Counted from the first letter of the stretch, positions 42,394-55,680 are shown. The stretch is 64,000 nucleotides of DNA from Eledone cirrhosa (GCA_964016885.1 OZ024742.1:97030001-97094000), one strand, 5' to 3'. The notes: generated by a model from the letters alone, not told the origin. Made by a program: numbers and translations.

Positions 42394-44323
42394 TATGAAC
42401 GCTGCGTTCAATGATAATGGTGGTGGAGAGTCGGTAAGACTACAGAGCTCGCAGTCAACATCGAATTCTTCCCTAGATACTATGGAGATGGAAAGACGAA
42501 ATGAAAATGTAAAAACAAATTCATATCCAAACAACACAAATGACACCAAACAGTTCAATGACAACAAAAATAACAACAACACCAATAATGATGATAAGAA
42601 CAACAATGACAACAACAACAAAGAAAAAAATAAAGACAACACCAATAACACCAGCATCAAAGACAACAACAACACCAACACGAACACCAAGGAAAATACG
42701 AATAATATCAACATCAGTGACAACAAGAATAACAACAACAATAACAACAATAATGACAACACCACCAACACGGATAATTCCACAAAGAAACCAAAATCTC
42801 CTTTGCACAGACAGTTAAAAAAAAAGGAGGAACTGACATATCTCGACATAACAAATGCCGAACAACTTTTAAAGTACGCTAGGAGATATGTCACTTTCGA
42901 AAAAAAATGGTGCTTTCAGCATCAATTCTCCGGTAGAAATTCGCAAGGAAACTGCTCTCAAAACGATAGATTTTATGACAGTTTCCAATTCTACCCGAAA
43001 ACCAGTCCAATTATCATGAAAGAAATTGAACTGGTTTTCAAAAATTCAATGAATGATATTGCATTCATTCAAAGATGCAAACTTTTTGGGAGTATTTCGG
43101 TACTCATGAAGGATCAATTGACGGCCCAAAATTACTCTGCCTCGCCAATTGTATCCAACCTGTATACCTTTTTCCCTACATACATGGGAAAAAGGACACA
43201 GAAGATTAAAATCACGAGTGTCACACCAAAGGTGAACATATGGTGGATACTGTGAGGCTTCATCAATTTTGATGAAGACAGAATACTGTCAGTAGGAAAG
43301 ACACCCAGAAATGTATTCAATGGGACTAGCATTGAAGTTCTGGTGCAAATGTGCCCAGAGCGAATAGCTATGATCCCACAACGTGTACTCCTGGACGGAC
43401 TGACCTACATAAACTTTTCCGTTGAGGGTAGGCGGCCGTCATGTTACCATTGCTTTAGCAGGGGTCACCTGAGGGCTTCCTGTCCTAAATTAATGAGTCA
43501 AAAAAAGGCTCTTCTGCCGACACCCATCAAAACAACACAACCACCAACACCACCACAACAACAACACCAACACACACAAATAACCACAACAAACACAGTC
43601 CCACCCAACCCCACTCCACCTAAAACCACTGCAAAATCACATACAGACACAACAGCTCCCCAAGACATACCCCTTCCCAATCACACAGATGATACAACAG
43701 ATGAGGCTATCTCGCCATCACCCAGTGAAGACGAGGGAGAACCCCATCGCTCGAAAAGAAAGAAAAGACATCAAAAAAGCAAAAAAACAGCAAACACTAC
43801 CACAAACATACAACCACCAACACAAACAACAAAAACATCACAAACAAAACCCCCACCTCCTGAAAACAAAATACCTACAACAAAATGAAAGCACACACAA
43901 GAACTACAGACAAAAACAAACACAACACAAGAAAATTACACTTACACTTACATAAACACTGAAAACAAAACACTAATGGAGACCATCACGAACGACCCTT
44001 CGGTGAAAACCGGAGGGAATAATTTCGCCCACTCTATTAAAAATAACAAAAAACTGAACCTAAAACTGATTAGGGTCCCTATACAAACTTATAGGTCCCT
44101 AAAAGAAACATTTGAGAAGGATGTGGGGAATTCCTACGTGAAACCACTTAACCGCGTCCTTCTCAAATGTCTCCCCACCCCAGACACCCCCATCCCACCA
44201 GACTCCACCCCACCAAACATCTCTGTCCCCACCCCGCCGGAAACTACCACCTATCCAAACAACCCCTCCAACACCCCCATAGAAATCGTGCAGCCTGGTC
44301 CCCAGGAGACGAAGGGTGAGTGA
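42394..44323 (+). pseudogene. Tx1 ORF1 (Asn-rich N-terminus, CCHC knuckle, Pro/Thr-rich tail), frameshifted
   Basis: CYHCFSRGHLRASC in ORF 43343-43888. Confidence 0.75.
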
Positions 44324-44356
44324 TCTCTTTTCCTCTTTTAACTTTTCAGCACCAAC

Positions 44357-47300
44357 ATGGCCAATATAAGAGTTGGATGTGTGAACGTACGCGGCCTGGG
44401 GATGCCCTGGAAACACGGCAAACTCTTAAACGACCTTAGGTCGCACAGTATGGATGTGGTAGCCATTTGCGAGTCCAGGATCCACAGCGAGCGACAGCTG
44501 GCCCCCATCTTCGATGACTTTGAGATCTACGCATCTCTCTGTCAACCGGGGGGTGGGGCAGAGTTGCTGTTTTGCTGCGGAAACACCTGGGTCTCGTTAC
44601 GCAGACGGTACATCTGGACCCGGAGGGTCGACTGTTGGTCCTAGACGGTGGCGGTAGTGAAGGTGGAGCCTTCAGGCTGGTGGCCGCATATGCCCCATCC
44701 GGGACACCGCGGCCAGACTTCTTCAAACGTCTAGAGACTTTTCTGAGAACGTCCCGCTCCTTTCTTTTAGTGGGGGACTGGAATGGAATCCTAGATGCAC
44801 GTTGGGACTATGTGGGAGCATGTCCTGATAAAGGGGGGTGTAACAGCCTCAAACAGTTAATCGACCGATTTGACCTGGCCGATAGATATCGACTAGATTT
44901 TCCGACTGCGCCACTGTGGACGTGGAGTAATCGTAGCGGAACATCTAGATCATACCTAGATAGGGTTCTAGTTAGAAATAAGGATAAGGACATGTTAAGC
45001 TGTCCACAAATGTTCATGGTTGCCTATTCAGATCACAAACTAGTGACCTGCATGGCCAACCTTGATAGAACCCATAGACAAGGACCCGGCTACTTGAAGC
45101 TGAACTTGTCGTTACCGACAAGCAAAGCCTACAGTAGACGGATTAGCACTTTAGTTAAACAGCACTTGACAGGGGCCATTGTCAACAACAGATGGTGGTA
45201 CTCTCTCAAGAGGGCCAGTTAGATTAGACTCGTTAGTTTTTAGTAAAGAATTAGCGTTAGAAAGAAATAGAACCGAGAAGGAACTGGTAGATAAAGTAGA
45301 AGAGGCAATTAGAAGTGGCAACGTAGCCAGCGTGCTAGCAACGAGAACGGCCTTGGACCAGTTCTTCGACGCAAAGCACGAGGGCTGCGTTGTCAGAGGC
45401 AAAATACGTGCTCTGGGAAACGAGGGAGCCAAAGCTGTTAGCTGGGCCCGAGTGACGGAGGCAAAAAGTGGCAACAAGTCCACGATTCGGGCTTTGAAGG
45501 ACCAAAACGGACGCGTTATACGTGAGCCGAAGCAGATGTGTGCAGCCTTTCAGCGGCACTTTGCTCAACTGTTCGGGCGGGGCGGCGCGCCGGGAGAGGC
45601 TATGGATTTCGGTCCATACCTCGACGGCCTACCGCGACTCTTGGACAGCGAGGCAAAGTTCTGCGAAAAGCCGATTTCAGCCGCTCAGATAGGGGACGCG
45701 TTGAGCCAATGCGGCAAACGCAAATCTCCAGGTCTCGACGGTCTACCCTACGAATTTTACGTAGCAATGCCGGACTTATTCTTCGGTCTCCTGGAAGCGG
45801 TCTACTGCAACTGGCAAAAGAACGGGAGAATTCCCAGTTCTGTAACCGGGGTCGTAGTCACACTAATCAGGAAGGACGAGAATAAGGGGGATGACATAGG
45901 CAACTTCCGGCCCATAACTCTGCTAAACACAGAGTTACAGATTTTGGCCAAGGTGTTGGCAAAGAGGCTGGCGCTTGTCGTCGAGAACCTGGTGGGAGAA
46001 GCGCAGACATGCGCAATCCCGACCAGGTCCATACACGACAACCTCCACCTCATGCGATACATCATAGAGAGAGTAGGGTGTAAACCCTGCTTTGGTGGGG
46101 CCCTGATCAACTTGGATCAGTCTAAGGCTTTCGATAGGGTTGACCATCGTTACCTGGATGCGGTGCTCGAGGCGGTAGGCTTCGGACCCGTGTTCAGGGG
46201 CTGGATTGCTGCAATGCACAACAGCAACATCTGCTCAAATGTCAAGGTGAACGGCTACCTCTCGGAGCCTTTCCATATTACGCATCCCTTCGACAGGGAT
46301 GCCCTCTCTCCTCCCTTCTGGACGTACTGACTCTCGAGCCACTACTGCGGAAGTTGGAGCTATTGCAGGGCATCCCTCTGGAACCGGGACTGCGGAAAGC
46401 GGCGTCGGCCTACGCCGACGACGTGATAGTAATGGTGTCGACCGCCTCGCAAATCGAGGAAGTCGGCACCTTACTGAAGGAATACGAAAGTTTCACAGGA
46501 GCGAAGCTGAACCGGGACAAGTCCATTGGTTTGCAATTCGGATCGTGGAGAGGCAAACCGATGCCTTCCGATGGCGTCGTCGGACGCTGGACGGAAGGAC
46601 CGGTAAAGCTGCTCGCGGTCTGGTTTGGTCCGGACCTCCAGGTGGAGAAGAACTGGAACGAAGTGACGGCCAAGGTGTTTGCACTCACCCAGAAGTGGGC
46701 CGAGTCCAAACTATCCTTGAAAGGTCGAGTGGAGGTGGCGAACACTTTTATAGCGTCCGCCATCTACTACCGCTTGACCGTCGTGACTTGTCCAGCCAAA
46801 ACGCTCGCCAAAATGGAACGCGCACTCTTCCAATTCCTTTGGAAGAGGCGGGCTCCTTTGGTGAGAAGATCCATCTGCTGCCAACACCCTTCTAACGGAG
46901 AGCTGGGGATGCCGTGGTTGACGATGCGCAAACACGCGCTCAGTCTGCGGCATCTCTACGTATTCCTCACCGGACAACCGGTGTGGGCCCCGTTCGTGAG
47001 GCGAGTCTTCCCACGACTCGTCTCGCTGACCGAGCTGCAGTCCTGGGTGAAGCAAAGACCGAGGAAAATGGGCGACTGGCACATCGAATGTGCTCAGGCG
47101 CTCACAGCCCTCTGGCAGGCGGACCCGGCCATCAGTGGAGACTCCACTTTATCATTCTATAGAGGGTTGATCCGCAGCAAGTGCGTCGACGCGCTCGGTG
47201 AAACTCTAGGCGTAGAGGAAGATGAACTGGCCAGTCTGTTCGGTAGGACCTTCCGCCCAGGACCGATGGACAACTTCCAAAAGTCCCTGGCCTGGCAGTG

Positions 47301-47793
47301 CTACTGAGGAGCTCTACTAGTTCGAGACAAACTCTACAGACATGGGCGCCCGGGCAGGGACCCTGCAAAAAAGATCTGTCCGAGGTGCGTGCGTAACGAA
47401 GAAACCGTCGCGCACGCATTCATACACTGCCCGGACGTCACTGACCTGTGGGGCTATGTAAAACGACTATTGTCGCGGGTGGGACCAATCCGGTTGACCA
47501 CCGAGTCCATTGTCATTATCAAACCGACACCCTCCTTCAAAAACGAAGGAGAGGTGGTTTTCCTTTGTGTGATAGCTATGGCGAAAGAGGTTGTATGGTG
47601 GACAATGTTGAAAGGGCTGAGGTCAGACACCTTTCTCTCCGGCCAACAACTGGTTCTTTTTTTCAAATACCACTTTGGAAGAAGAATCAGGATGGAGAGA
47701 GAGGTGCTGCACCCCAGCAAGTTTTATGAAAGGTGGGTGAAACTGGCGAGAATGGCCCGAGTGAATGGGCCTTCTCTCTATATCAGCCTGTAG
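44357..47793 (+). pseudogene. Tx1 ORF2 (APE, RT, C-terminal CCHC), frameshifted
   Basis: NVRGL, VGDWN, YLDRV, SDHK (APE); KSPGLDGLPYEFY, NFRPITLLN, LDQSKAFDRVDH, AYADD (RT). Confidence 0.92.
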
Positions 47794-48040
47794 GTTGAGG
47801 AAAAGGAAGAGGAGAGGAAAGGAGTACAAACTCTTCGTACTCCTGGAGTTGAGGGTTGCACATTTTTTCAGGGTTATGTGTTACCCATATGAACTGTCTC
47901 CCCCTATTGGGGAATATCGACTAACTTTTTAAATTGTATTTGTGATAACATTTTACACGTTTTTATTGTATGTAAACTTCCCCCTTTGTATTGTCCCTTC
48001 TTTTGTGCCCCTATGGCTACTAAAGAAACATATCTATCTA

Positions 48041-48104
<64 letters not shown>

Positions 48105-48106
<2 letters not shown>

Positions 48107-48342
48107 TATCCCGGGTTCAATCAGGGGGTAACTACAGTAATTAAGGTACTCAATACATAGCAGAGTATTTATATTTAATATAGAAATGGCTTCAACAGGA
48201 CGAGAACTGTTTAATTCTGGAGAAATCATCAGGAAGCCCGGACAAACATATCTTTTAGCACTTTACTGTGCCCCTCTTAACCAAAGCTTCCTGATGATTT
48301 CTCCCGAATGAAACAGTTCTAGTCCTGTAGAAGCCATTTCTT
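48105..48342. mobile_element. Fold-back mini-element with two hammerhead motifs
   Basis: Arms 48182-48237 and 48286-48341. Same family as 57881-59205. Confidence 0.75.
48286..48334 (+). ncRNA. Type I hammerhead ribozyme
   Basis: gcttc-CTGATGA-tttc(tccc)gaat-GAAA-cag(ttctagtc)ctg-TA-gaagc. The minus-strand partner at 48189-48237 is mutated. Confidence 0.8.
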
Positions 48343-48344
48343 TC

Positions 48345-48690
<346 letters not shown>

Positions 48691-48718
48691 ATATATATAT
48701 ATATATTTATTTATTTAT

Positions 48719-48852
48719 TAAAATAACAGGTTAAAGTTTAAGCAAATAATCGCTGCTTTCACCCTTCAGAAGATGCCGTTAAGGGTGAAAGCAGCGATTC
48801 TTTGCTTAAACATAAATCTGTTATTTTAATAAATATTTGCTCTACGGTTAAT

Positions 48853-48858
<6 letters not shown>
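48719..48858. repeat. Small fold-back element between (TA)n tracts
   Basis: Arms 48719-48768 and 48781-48830. Confidence 0.7.
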
Positions 48859-48951
<93 letters not shown>

Positions 48952-49221
48952 GAATGAAACGAAATTTCATTTCTCACTCTTTTAATACGGCACTTACTTA
49001 AATGTAAGTATGTATGTATGTACACGTACATACATATATGTATACAGACGTACAGGAGTATTTATATATATACATACATGCACACATATATGCACGTATC
49101 GGTTTACCGAACATTTATTATAATGCTCGGTTTGTTTGTTTGTAAACAAACAAACAGCCCGAATTACGCCGTACAGTGTTTAGGCAACCACGTCACCTTT
49201 TTGTTCAACACTGACACAGGA

Positions 49222-49264
49222 ACGATGTACTAGTTTTAAGCTTATTAGCTATCGTCAGCATCGT
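49222..49264 (-). ncRNA. Minimal hammerhead, unit 1 (G12A)
   Basis: acgaug-CUGACGA-uagc(uaauaa)gcuu-AAAA-cuag-UA-caucgu. Confidence 0.7.
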
Positions 49265-49338
49265 ATACCTTCCTGCCAGATGGTTGAACATCTGAAAGTA
49301 TAAACTTTCCTTATGCATATTAACGGCTGAGCAGCCTA

Positions 49339-49346
49339 ATTTGCAT
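49339..49346 (-). promoter_or_regulatory. Octamer motif ATGCAAAT (also 50435-50442)
   Basis: Exact ATTTGCAT on the plus strand in two units, ~75 nt upstream of the HHR in the ribozyme sense. Function is inferred. Confidence 0.4.
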
Positions 49347-49669
49347 ATCGAGTGAGTTCAGTCAGCCGGGCACACCGAAAACGATAAATGGAATAGAATG
49401 AAACGAAATTTCATTTCTCACTCTTAGTACGGCACTTAGTTAAATGTAAGTATATATGTATGTATACGTACATACATATATGTATGCAGGCGTACAGTAG
49501 TATGTATATATATATAGATACATGCACACATATATATATGCACGTATCGGTTTACCGAACATTTATTATAACGCACGGTTTGATTGTTTGTAAACAAACA
49601 AACAGCCCGAATTACGCCGTACAGTGTTTAGGCAACCACGTCACCTTTTTGTTCAACACTGATACAGGA

Positions 49670-49712
49670 ACGATGTACTAGTTTCAAGCTTATTAGCTAT
49701 CGTCAGCATCGT
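49670..49712 (-). ncRNA. Minimal hammerhead, unit 2 (intact core)
   Basis: acgaug-CUGACGA-uagc(uaauaa)gcuu-GAAA-cuag-UA-caucgu. Confidence 0.88.
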
Positions 49713-49904
49713 ATACCTTCCTGCCAGAAATACTGTACGGCGTAATTCGGGCTGTTTGTTTGTTTACAAACAAACAAACCGAGCATTATAATAAATGTTC
49801 GGTAAACCGATACGTGCATATATATATGTGTGCATGTATCTATATATATACACACTACTGTACGTCTGTATACATATATGTATGTACGTATACATACATA
49901 CATA

Positions 49905-49949
<45 letters not shown>

Positions 49950-50061
49950 TGAAATAAAATGAAAACGAAATTTCATTTCTCACTCTTAGTATGGCACTTA
50001 CTTAAATGTAAGTATGCATGTATACGTACATACATATATGTATACAGACGTACAGTTAGCA

Positions 50062-50151
<90 letters not shown>

Positions 50152-50316
50152 TACATATATATGCATACAGGTACACATACATATATGCACGTATCAGTTT
50201 AGCGGACGCTTATTATAACGCCGCTTTGTTCGTTTGTAAACAAACTGAACAGCCTGGATTTATGCCATACGGTGTTAAGGCAACCACGTCACCTTTTTGT
50301 TCAACACTGACACAGG

Positions 50317-50361
50317 AACGATGTACTAGTTTCAAGCTTGTTAGCTATCATCAGCACCGTT
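50317..50361 (-). ncRNA. Minimal hammerhead, unit 3 (intact core)
   Basis: aacggug-CUGAUGA-uagc(uaacaa)gcuu-GAAA-cuag-UA-caucguu. Differences fall at N7, loop II, a stem I G-U wobble and one extra terminal pair. Confidence 0.88.
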
Positions 50362-50625
50362 TACCCATCTGCCAGATAGTTGACCGTTCGAAAGTATATA
50401 CTTTCCTTATGAAAATTAACGGCTGAGCAGCCTAATTTGCATATTGAGTGAGTTAAATCGGTCAGGCATACCGAAAACGATAAATTGAAACAAAATGAAA
50501 ACGAAATTTCATTTCTCACTCTTAGTATGGCACTTACTTAAATGTAAGTATGCATGTATACGTACATACATATATGTATACAGACGTACAGTAGCACGCA
50601 TATATATATATATATATATATATAT

Positions 50626-50968
<343 letters not shown>

Positions 50969-51016
50969 TGAGTATCTTATTAAATTTAATAAAAGATTTA
51001 AAACAAAATACCTATA

Positions 51017-52728
51017 TAGGAAAAAAGTATGACCCCGGCGGCAGAGCTCAAGCCGTTTCGACGGCTATTTCTGGACTAAATTAGAATTTTTAGTCTGGTA
51101 AATAAATAGCCGAACTTTTCAAGGGGTACTTCCTTATATGGGAAGTTTGTAGTTACTACAATACCGCTACCACAACATAAACAACAGAAACACTTTCAAG
51201 TTCTCCTCAGCCTCACACCTAACTTCGCACAAAACATCGGCTCCTCAAACAACAAACATCTCAACCCCTATGGAAGAAACAACCTAGACATTAGTGGAGA
51301 GCCGACCAGGAGGTGTAACTGCCCAGATAGATCTACGTGCCTCCTCAACAACAGATGCCGAGAACATAACGTGATCTACCAGTGCAACGTGAGGACAGAC
51401 ACCTCCAACAAAGCTTATATAGGATTAACCACTTGTGACTTTAAGACCCGGCTCTACCAATACCGACATACGTTCCGAAACCCGGTCCGGCGACATGCCA
51501 CTACACTTGTGGGCCACATCTGGGACCTCCAAGATAATAATATAACTTACAATCTTACTTGGAGCTTACTGTCCAGAGCTAACTCTTATACGGGAGGACG
51601 CCGTCCGTGTAACTTATGCTCGGGGCAAACATTACAAATGCTGTTTACGAAGGATCAACTCCTAAACAAGAAAGACGAACTGGTAACTGTATGCAAACAC
51701 AGATTGCGTAAGACTTACCTCGTCCTCAAACCCCCTAACGATCCAGGTGGGTAGACAAGGGCTGAAGCAGCCCACTTGCCGAATAAGATAGGAGAAACCC
51801 CAGCTTACATAGGTAGATGTACCACTTTCCTTTTCCTCTATGTTTTCTTCTTCCCTTTGTCTTCTCCTATCACTTCCTTTCACCACCGATCTTCTTCCTC
51901 GTTCTTTTTGTCATCTTTCGCCTACCTTGAGGCAGCCCATCGGTCCCTCTGTACCCCCCACCCCAGTAACTTAAAGATAGCATTGGCCGAATACGCTATA
52001 CTAACTAATCATAGCAGCTGTGTTAGACCCCAGAGATGTTGTATTACTTTTTACTACCCAATTCTACAATTTCAATAATTCTTATTTAGTATCTTCTATT
52101 CTCAACTCTATTCTATAGCATTGGCCGAAAAAGCAACACCAACTAAACATAGCAGCTGTTTTAGACTCTATAGTTTTTGTTTTTTATCAATTCTCACTAT
52201 CCAATTTTATATTTTTATATATCTTTCTCTTATTTTATTATTATTTTTTATTGACTCCTAATCTCAATTGATTTACCCATTCTCTTACGTCCCTCCTCTA
52301 TTTTCTCCGGAAACCTTTTATCGCCTACCTGCTCTGGCCTACTTTTATACACAATCCTTACAATTTGCCGTATAGATTTCACTTTCAATGCTTGACCGGC
52401 TTCACCCACTCTCTCATTGTTCTACAGGCAAGTTCAGCCACCCCACCTCCCACCCACTGCTATGATATACTTATTTGTGTTTACAACAAATTTTGACCAA
52501 TCCTCTTGACAACTACAATCTTCCCATATAAGGAAGTACCCCTTGAAAAGTTCGGCTATTTATTTACCAGACTAAAAATTCTAATTTAGTCTAGAAATAG
52601 CCGTCGAAACGGCTTGAGCTCTGCCGTCGGGGGTCATACTTTTTCCTATTACCCACTCTACTACTCTAAGTATTGAGTACTCTGGTGCGTTATGGTCCAT
52701 CTGGTTCCTTACCACAACTCCTTCGTTA
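51017..52728 (+). mobile_element. 5'-truncated Penelope-like element with an inverted terminal copy
   Basis: CNCPDRSTCLLNNRC..NVIYQCNV..AYIGLTT..FKTRL..CNLC (GIY-YIG, to 51754). 51017-51153 is the reverse complement of 52511-52649. Confidence 0.88.
52538..52634 (+). ncRNA. Hammerhead with U3-A8 core and long stem II (inverted copy at 51032-51127)
   Basis: acccc-TTGAAAA-[cggctattt..agactaaa/tttagtct..aaatagccg]-GAAA-cggc(ttgagctct)gccg-TC-gggg. Confidence 0.7.
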
Positions 52729-52760
52729 TATATATATATATATGTGTGTGTGTGTATGCG

Positions 52761-52849
<89 letters not shown>

Positions 52850-52859
52850 ATATGTGAGT

Positions 52860-53080
52860 TAGAATGACACAGGAAAGAATAGCTGGACAGATTTTACATT
52901 TTACAGTTGATTCAGGAATAGGCCAGAGCAAGATGCTTGGATAACATCCATGAGCTTCGCTAGGCTCACTTCGGGATCCAGCCAGATCAATTGGAGAGAG
53001 TTGTCTCTGCCACGACCCGCTGGGCGGAGTATTTGATGCCTTTGCTCCCACAGGCCTTGCAGGTATAAGTGGAGGAGAAA
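52860..53080 (+). mobile_element. Probable LINE (RTE-like) extreme 3' fragment
   Basis: Residual [18 protein letters not shown]...RW pattern between microsatellites. Confidence 0.4.
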
Positions 53081-53088
53081 AGTGTATA

Positions 53089-53221
<133 letters not shown>

Positions 53222-53352
53222 AAAGTTATATTTAAATTGTTGGGTTACAACTAGTAAATATTAATAACTGATATAAAAGCACTCGACAAGTATTTGGAGT
53301 ATATTTACGATATTAAATAAATAAATGGAAACTATATTTATAAAACCATATC

Positions 53353-53418
53353 TATTTCATTATATATATTTCAGGGATATCATATTAACAATATGCTATG
53401 CCTTCCTCAGACAAAATA
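53353..53418 (-). ncRNA. Type I hammerhead ribozyme (sense to the GIY-YIG ORF)
   Basis: uauuuugu-CUGAGGA-agg..cauauu(guu)aauaug..ccu-GAAA-uauaua-UA-augaaaua. Confidence 0.82.
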
Positions 53419-54302
53419 CAATATAAACAGTTTTATAGATAAATAGATTTGACATACCGTACAACATCGACTTGTATTTGAAAAGTTGAATTGGCAGTGA
53501 AAAAATTGTAAACAGAAAGAAAGAAAGAGAGAAAAAAAAATTGTAAACAGAAAGAAAGAAAGAGAGAAAAAAGGAAAGAAAGACAGAAAACGAAGAAAAA
53601 GAAGAAAAAGAAGAAATGCATGGAACAAAATAGAGAGATGGAAAGATAGATAAAGAGAAGAACTTCATGTAAAGAAACAGAGAGAGATATATATAGAGAG
53701 AGGAAATAGATAGAGATAGATATATATATAGAAAAATATGTAGTTGGACATCCGTTGAGTAAACGTATCACTGATACATTTATTTATTTATTTATTTATT
53801 TAGCTCTAGTATTAATGTAAGGGAGATATATGTGGTTAGGAGAGAAACCAGCTGTTATATAGAGAGAAAAATGAAAAGTAATCAGACATAGGCGAGGCAT
53901 AAAAACCCTATGTTTTAATGTAGAAGTATTAATATGTATAAAAACCAGGCACTATATTGAAAATATCAGTATTCCTGAATGAGACACGTATCCATAATGT
54001 GTGAAAAGTAATGATCTTATGTTTAGTTTTAAAAAATTCATATGTTTATATGATAACTACAAACATCGATGTGAATTTACATGATCAACTCTGCAAACCC
54101 TAAGTTCACACGGAAAACATTCTCATTGTGCTATAAAAATTTAAGTATACACATATGTGTATATATATACACATATATATATAGAGTCTATATTACTACT
54201 ATTCTTGTCTTTACTCTACAAGATTATCTATCAAGCAGAAATAGAGAGCAGATTTCAATATATTAATAAAAAATATATCAGAAACAAAAACCAAAAAACA
54301 AC

Positions 54303-54335
<33 letters not shown>

Positions 54336-54808
54336 ATAATAAAATAGAAAACTAAAAAATATTACGAAAAATATTACATATTAAAAATATTACATATTAA
54401 AAATAAAAATATTAGAAAATACTACAATAATAAAAATAAACCACAAAGATCAACCCTTCAAAATTAATTGACAATATATTGCCAAGTTCATTATAAGCAT
54501 CAGAGTCGAAAACAGGTAAAGCTAAAAATTATTTATCAAATCGCATCTAGCAAAAATCATTTCAAAAAGTTTAGGATGCCCATTTGGTCTACATGTGTTC
54601 TTATATTTAATATAGAAGTTTATCTAGTGTAACGTTTATTCGAAATATTTGGAGCATCAACTTTTAGGGTAGTTTAATTTTCCATGAAGAATGTTTAAAT
54701 AAAAATAAAAATAAAAAGAAGAATAAAAAGAAGAAATCGAAAGATTTATCGGCTAGTTTCCCAAATAATTATAAATCAAACTAAATATACTACATTTTAA
54801 ATTTAAAT

Positions 54809-55420
54809 TTATATATAAAAAGTTGAGTTTAATCTATGTTTGCAGCAACTGAATAAATTTGTCCGTAGATTAAGGGAATTTTTAGATTTTAGTATAAAGA
54901 ATATCTCCTCTGCGCAGAGGTCACATGTCTCAGAGGATGAATTAAAAGGAATCCCTCTTGAGACTATATTCCAAGCCATCGAATATCTAACGTTATCTAG
55001 CTTAAGTTGCCAGAGTACGCCTGATAGTGCCGTTGAAGATTTTTTGCTTGGATCTGTGAAAGAATTCTTGTGGTTATTATAGCGAAGTTTAAATTCCGTC
55101 GATGTGGAACCGACGTAGTTAAAAGAATTAGAATCAGTTTTAACATTACAATTGTATACTATATTTTTAACTAAGCAGTTGTTATTTAACGGACATTTAG
55201 ATCTATCTCTACAGTTACATTTGTTAACTTGTATATTATTTATGCTATTATCACTAGGTTTTAAGTTCCTATTATTTATTCTATTAATATTTTGTGCTAA
55301 ATTTTTGGTGGATGAGTAGGTTAATTTTATAGTATGTCTATTGAAAATTGAGTGATACCTATGTGTTCTAGGGAAGCGATTATCAAGAGCTTTAAAAAAT
55401 AGTTTAGCGATGTTAGTTTT
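54809..55420 (-). pseudogene. Penelope C-terminal linker plus GIY-YIG endonuclease; 203 open codons without a start, absent from the ORF track
   Basis: Manual translation: KTNIAKLFFKALDNRFPRTHRYHSIFNRHTIKLTYS..CNCRDRSKCPLNNNCLVKNIVYNCNV..YVGSTSTEFKLRYNNHKNSF..CDLCAEE..CKHR. Confidence 0.88.
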
Positions 55421-55522
55421 TCTTTCTGTTTACAATTTTTTCACTGCCAATTCAACTTTTCAAATACAAGTCGATGTTGTACGGTATGTCAAATCTATTT
55501 ATCTATAAAACTGTTTATATTG

Positions 55523-55588
55523 TATTTTGTCTGAGGAAGGCATAGCATATTGTTAATATGATATCCCTGAAATATATATAATGAAATA
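55523..55588 (+). ncRNA. Type I hammerhead ribozyme (inverted copy)
   Basis: Exact reverse complement of 53353-53418. Confidence 0.82.
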
Positions 55589-55628
55589 GATATGGTTTTA
55601 TAAATATAGTTTCCATTTATTTAATATC

Positions 55629-55672
<44 letters not shown>

Positions 55673-55680
55673 GCTATATT

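Larger units (their letters stand above)
42168..48030 (+). mobile_element. Near-full-length Tx1/L1-clade LINE, disrupted
   Basis: ORF1 plus ORF2 layout and 3' UTR; flanked by (ATCT)/(TC) repeats on both sides. Confidence 0.9.
48948..50600 (-). mobile_element. Tandem ~445-bp hammerhead-containing array (non-LTR retrozyme-like)
   Basis: Units start ~48948, 49392, 49946 and 50487, with an inverted segment at 49728-49906. One HHR in each of the first three units; the fourth unit is partial. Confidence 0.8.

Noticed and set aside
48766-48800. Hammerhead in the small fold-back (CAGAAGA..GAAA)
   Set aside because: Core mismatch and no stem III or UH; kept only as an inverted repeat.
48948-50600. 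CRISPR-like array or prokaryotic system
   Set aside because: Units are long full repeats without unique spacers, and the context is eukaryotic.
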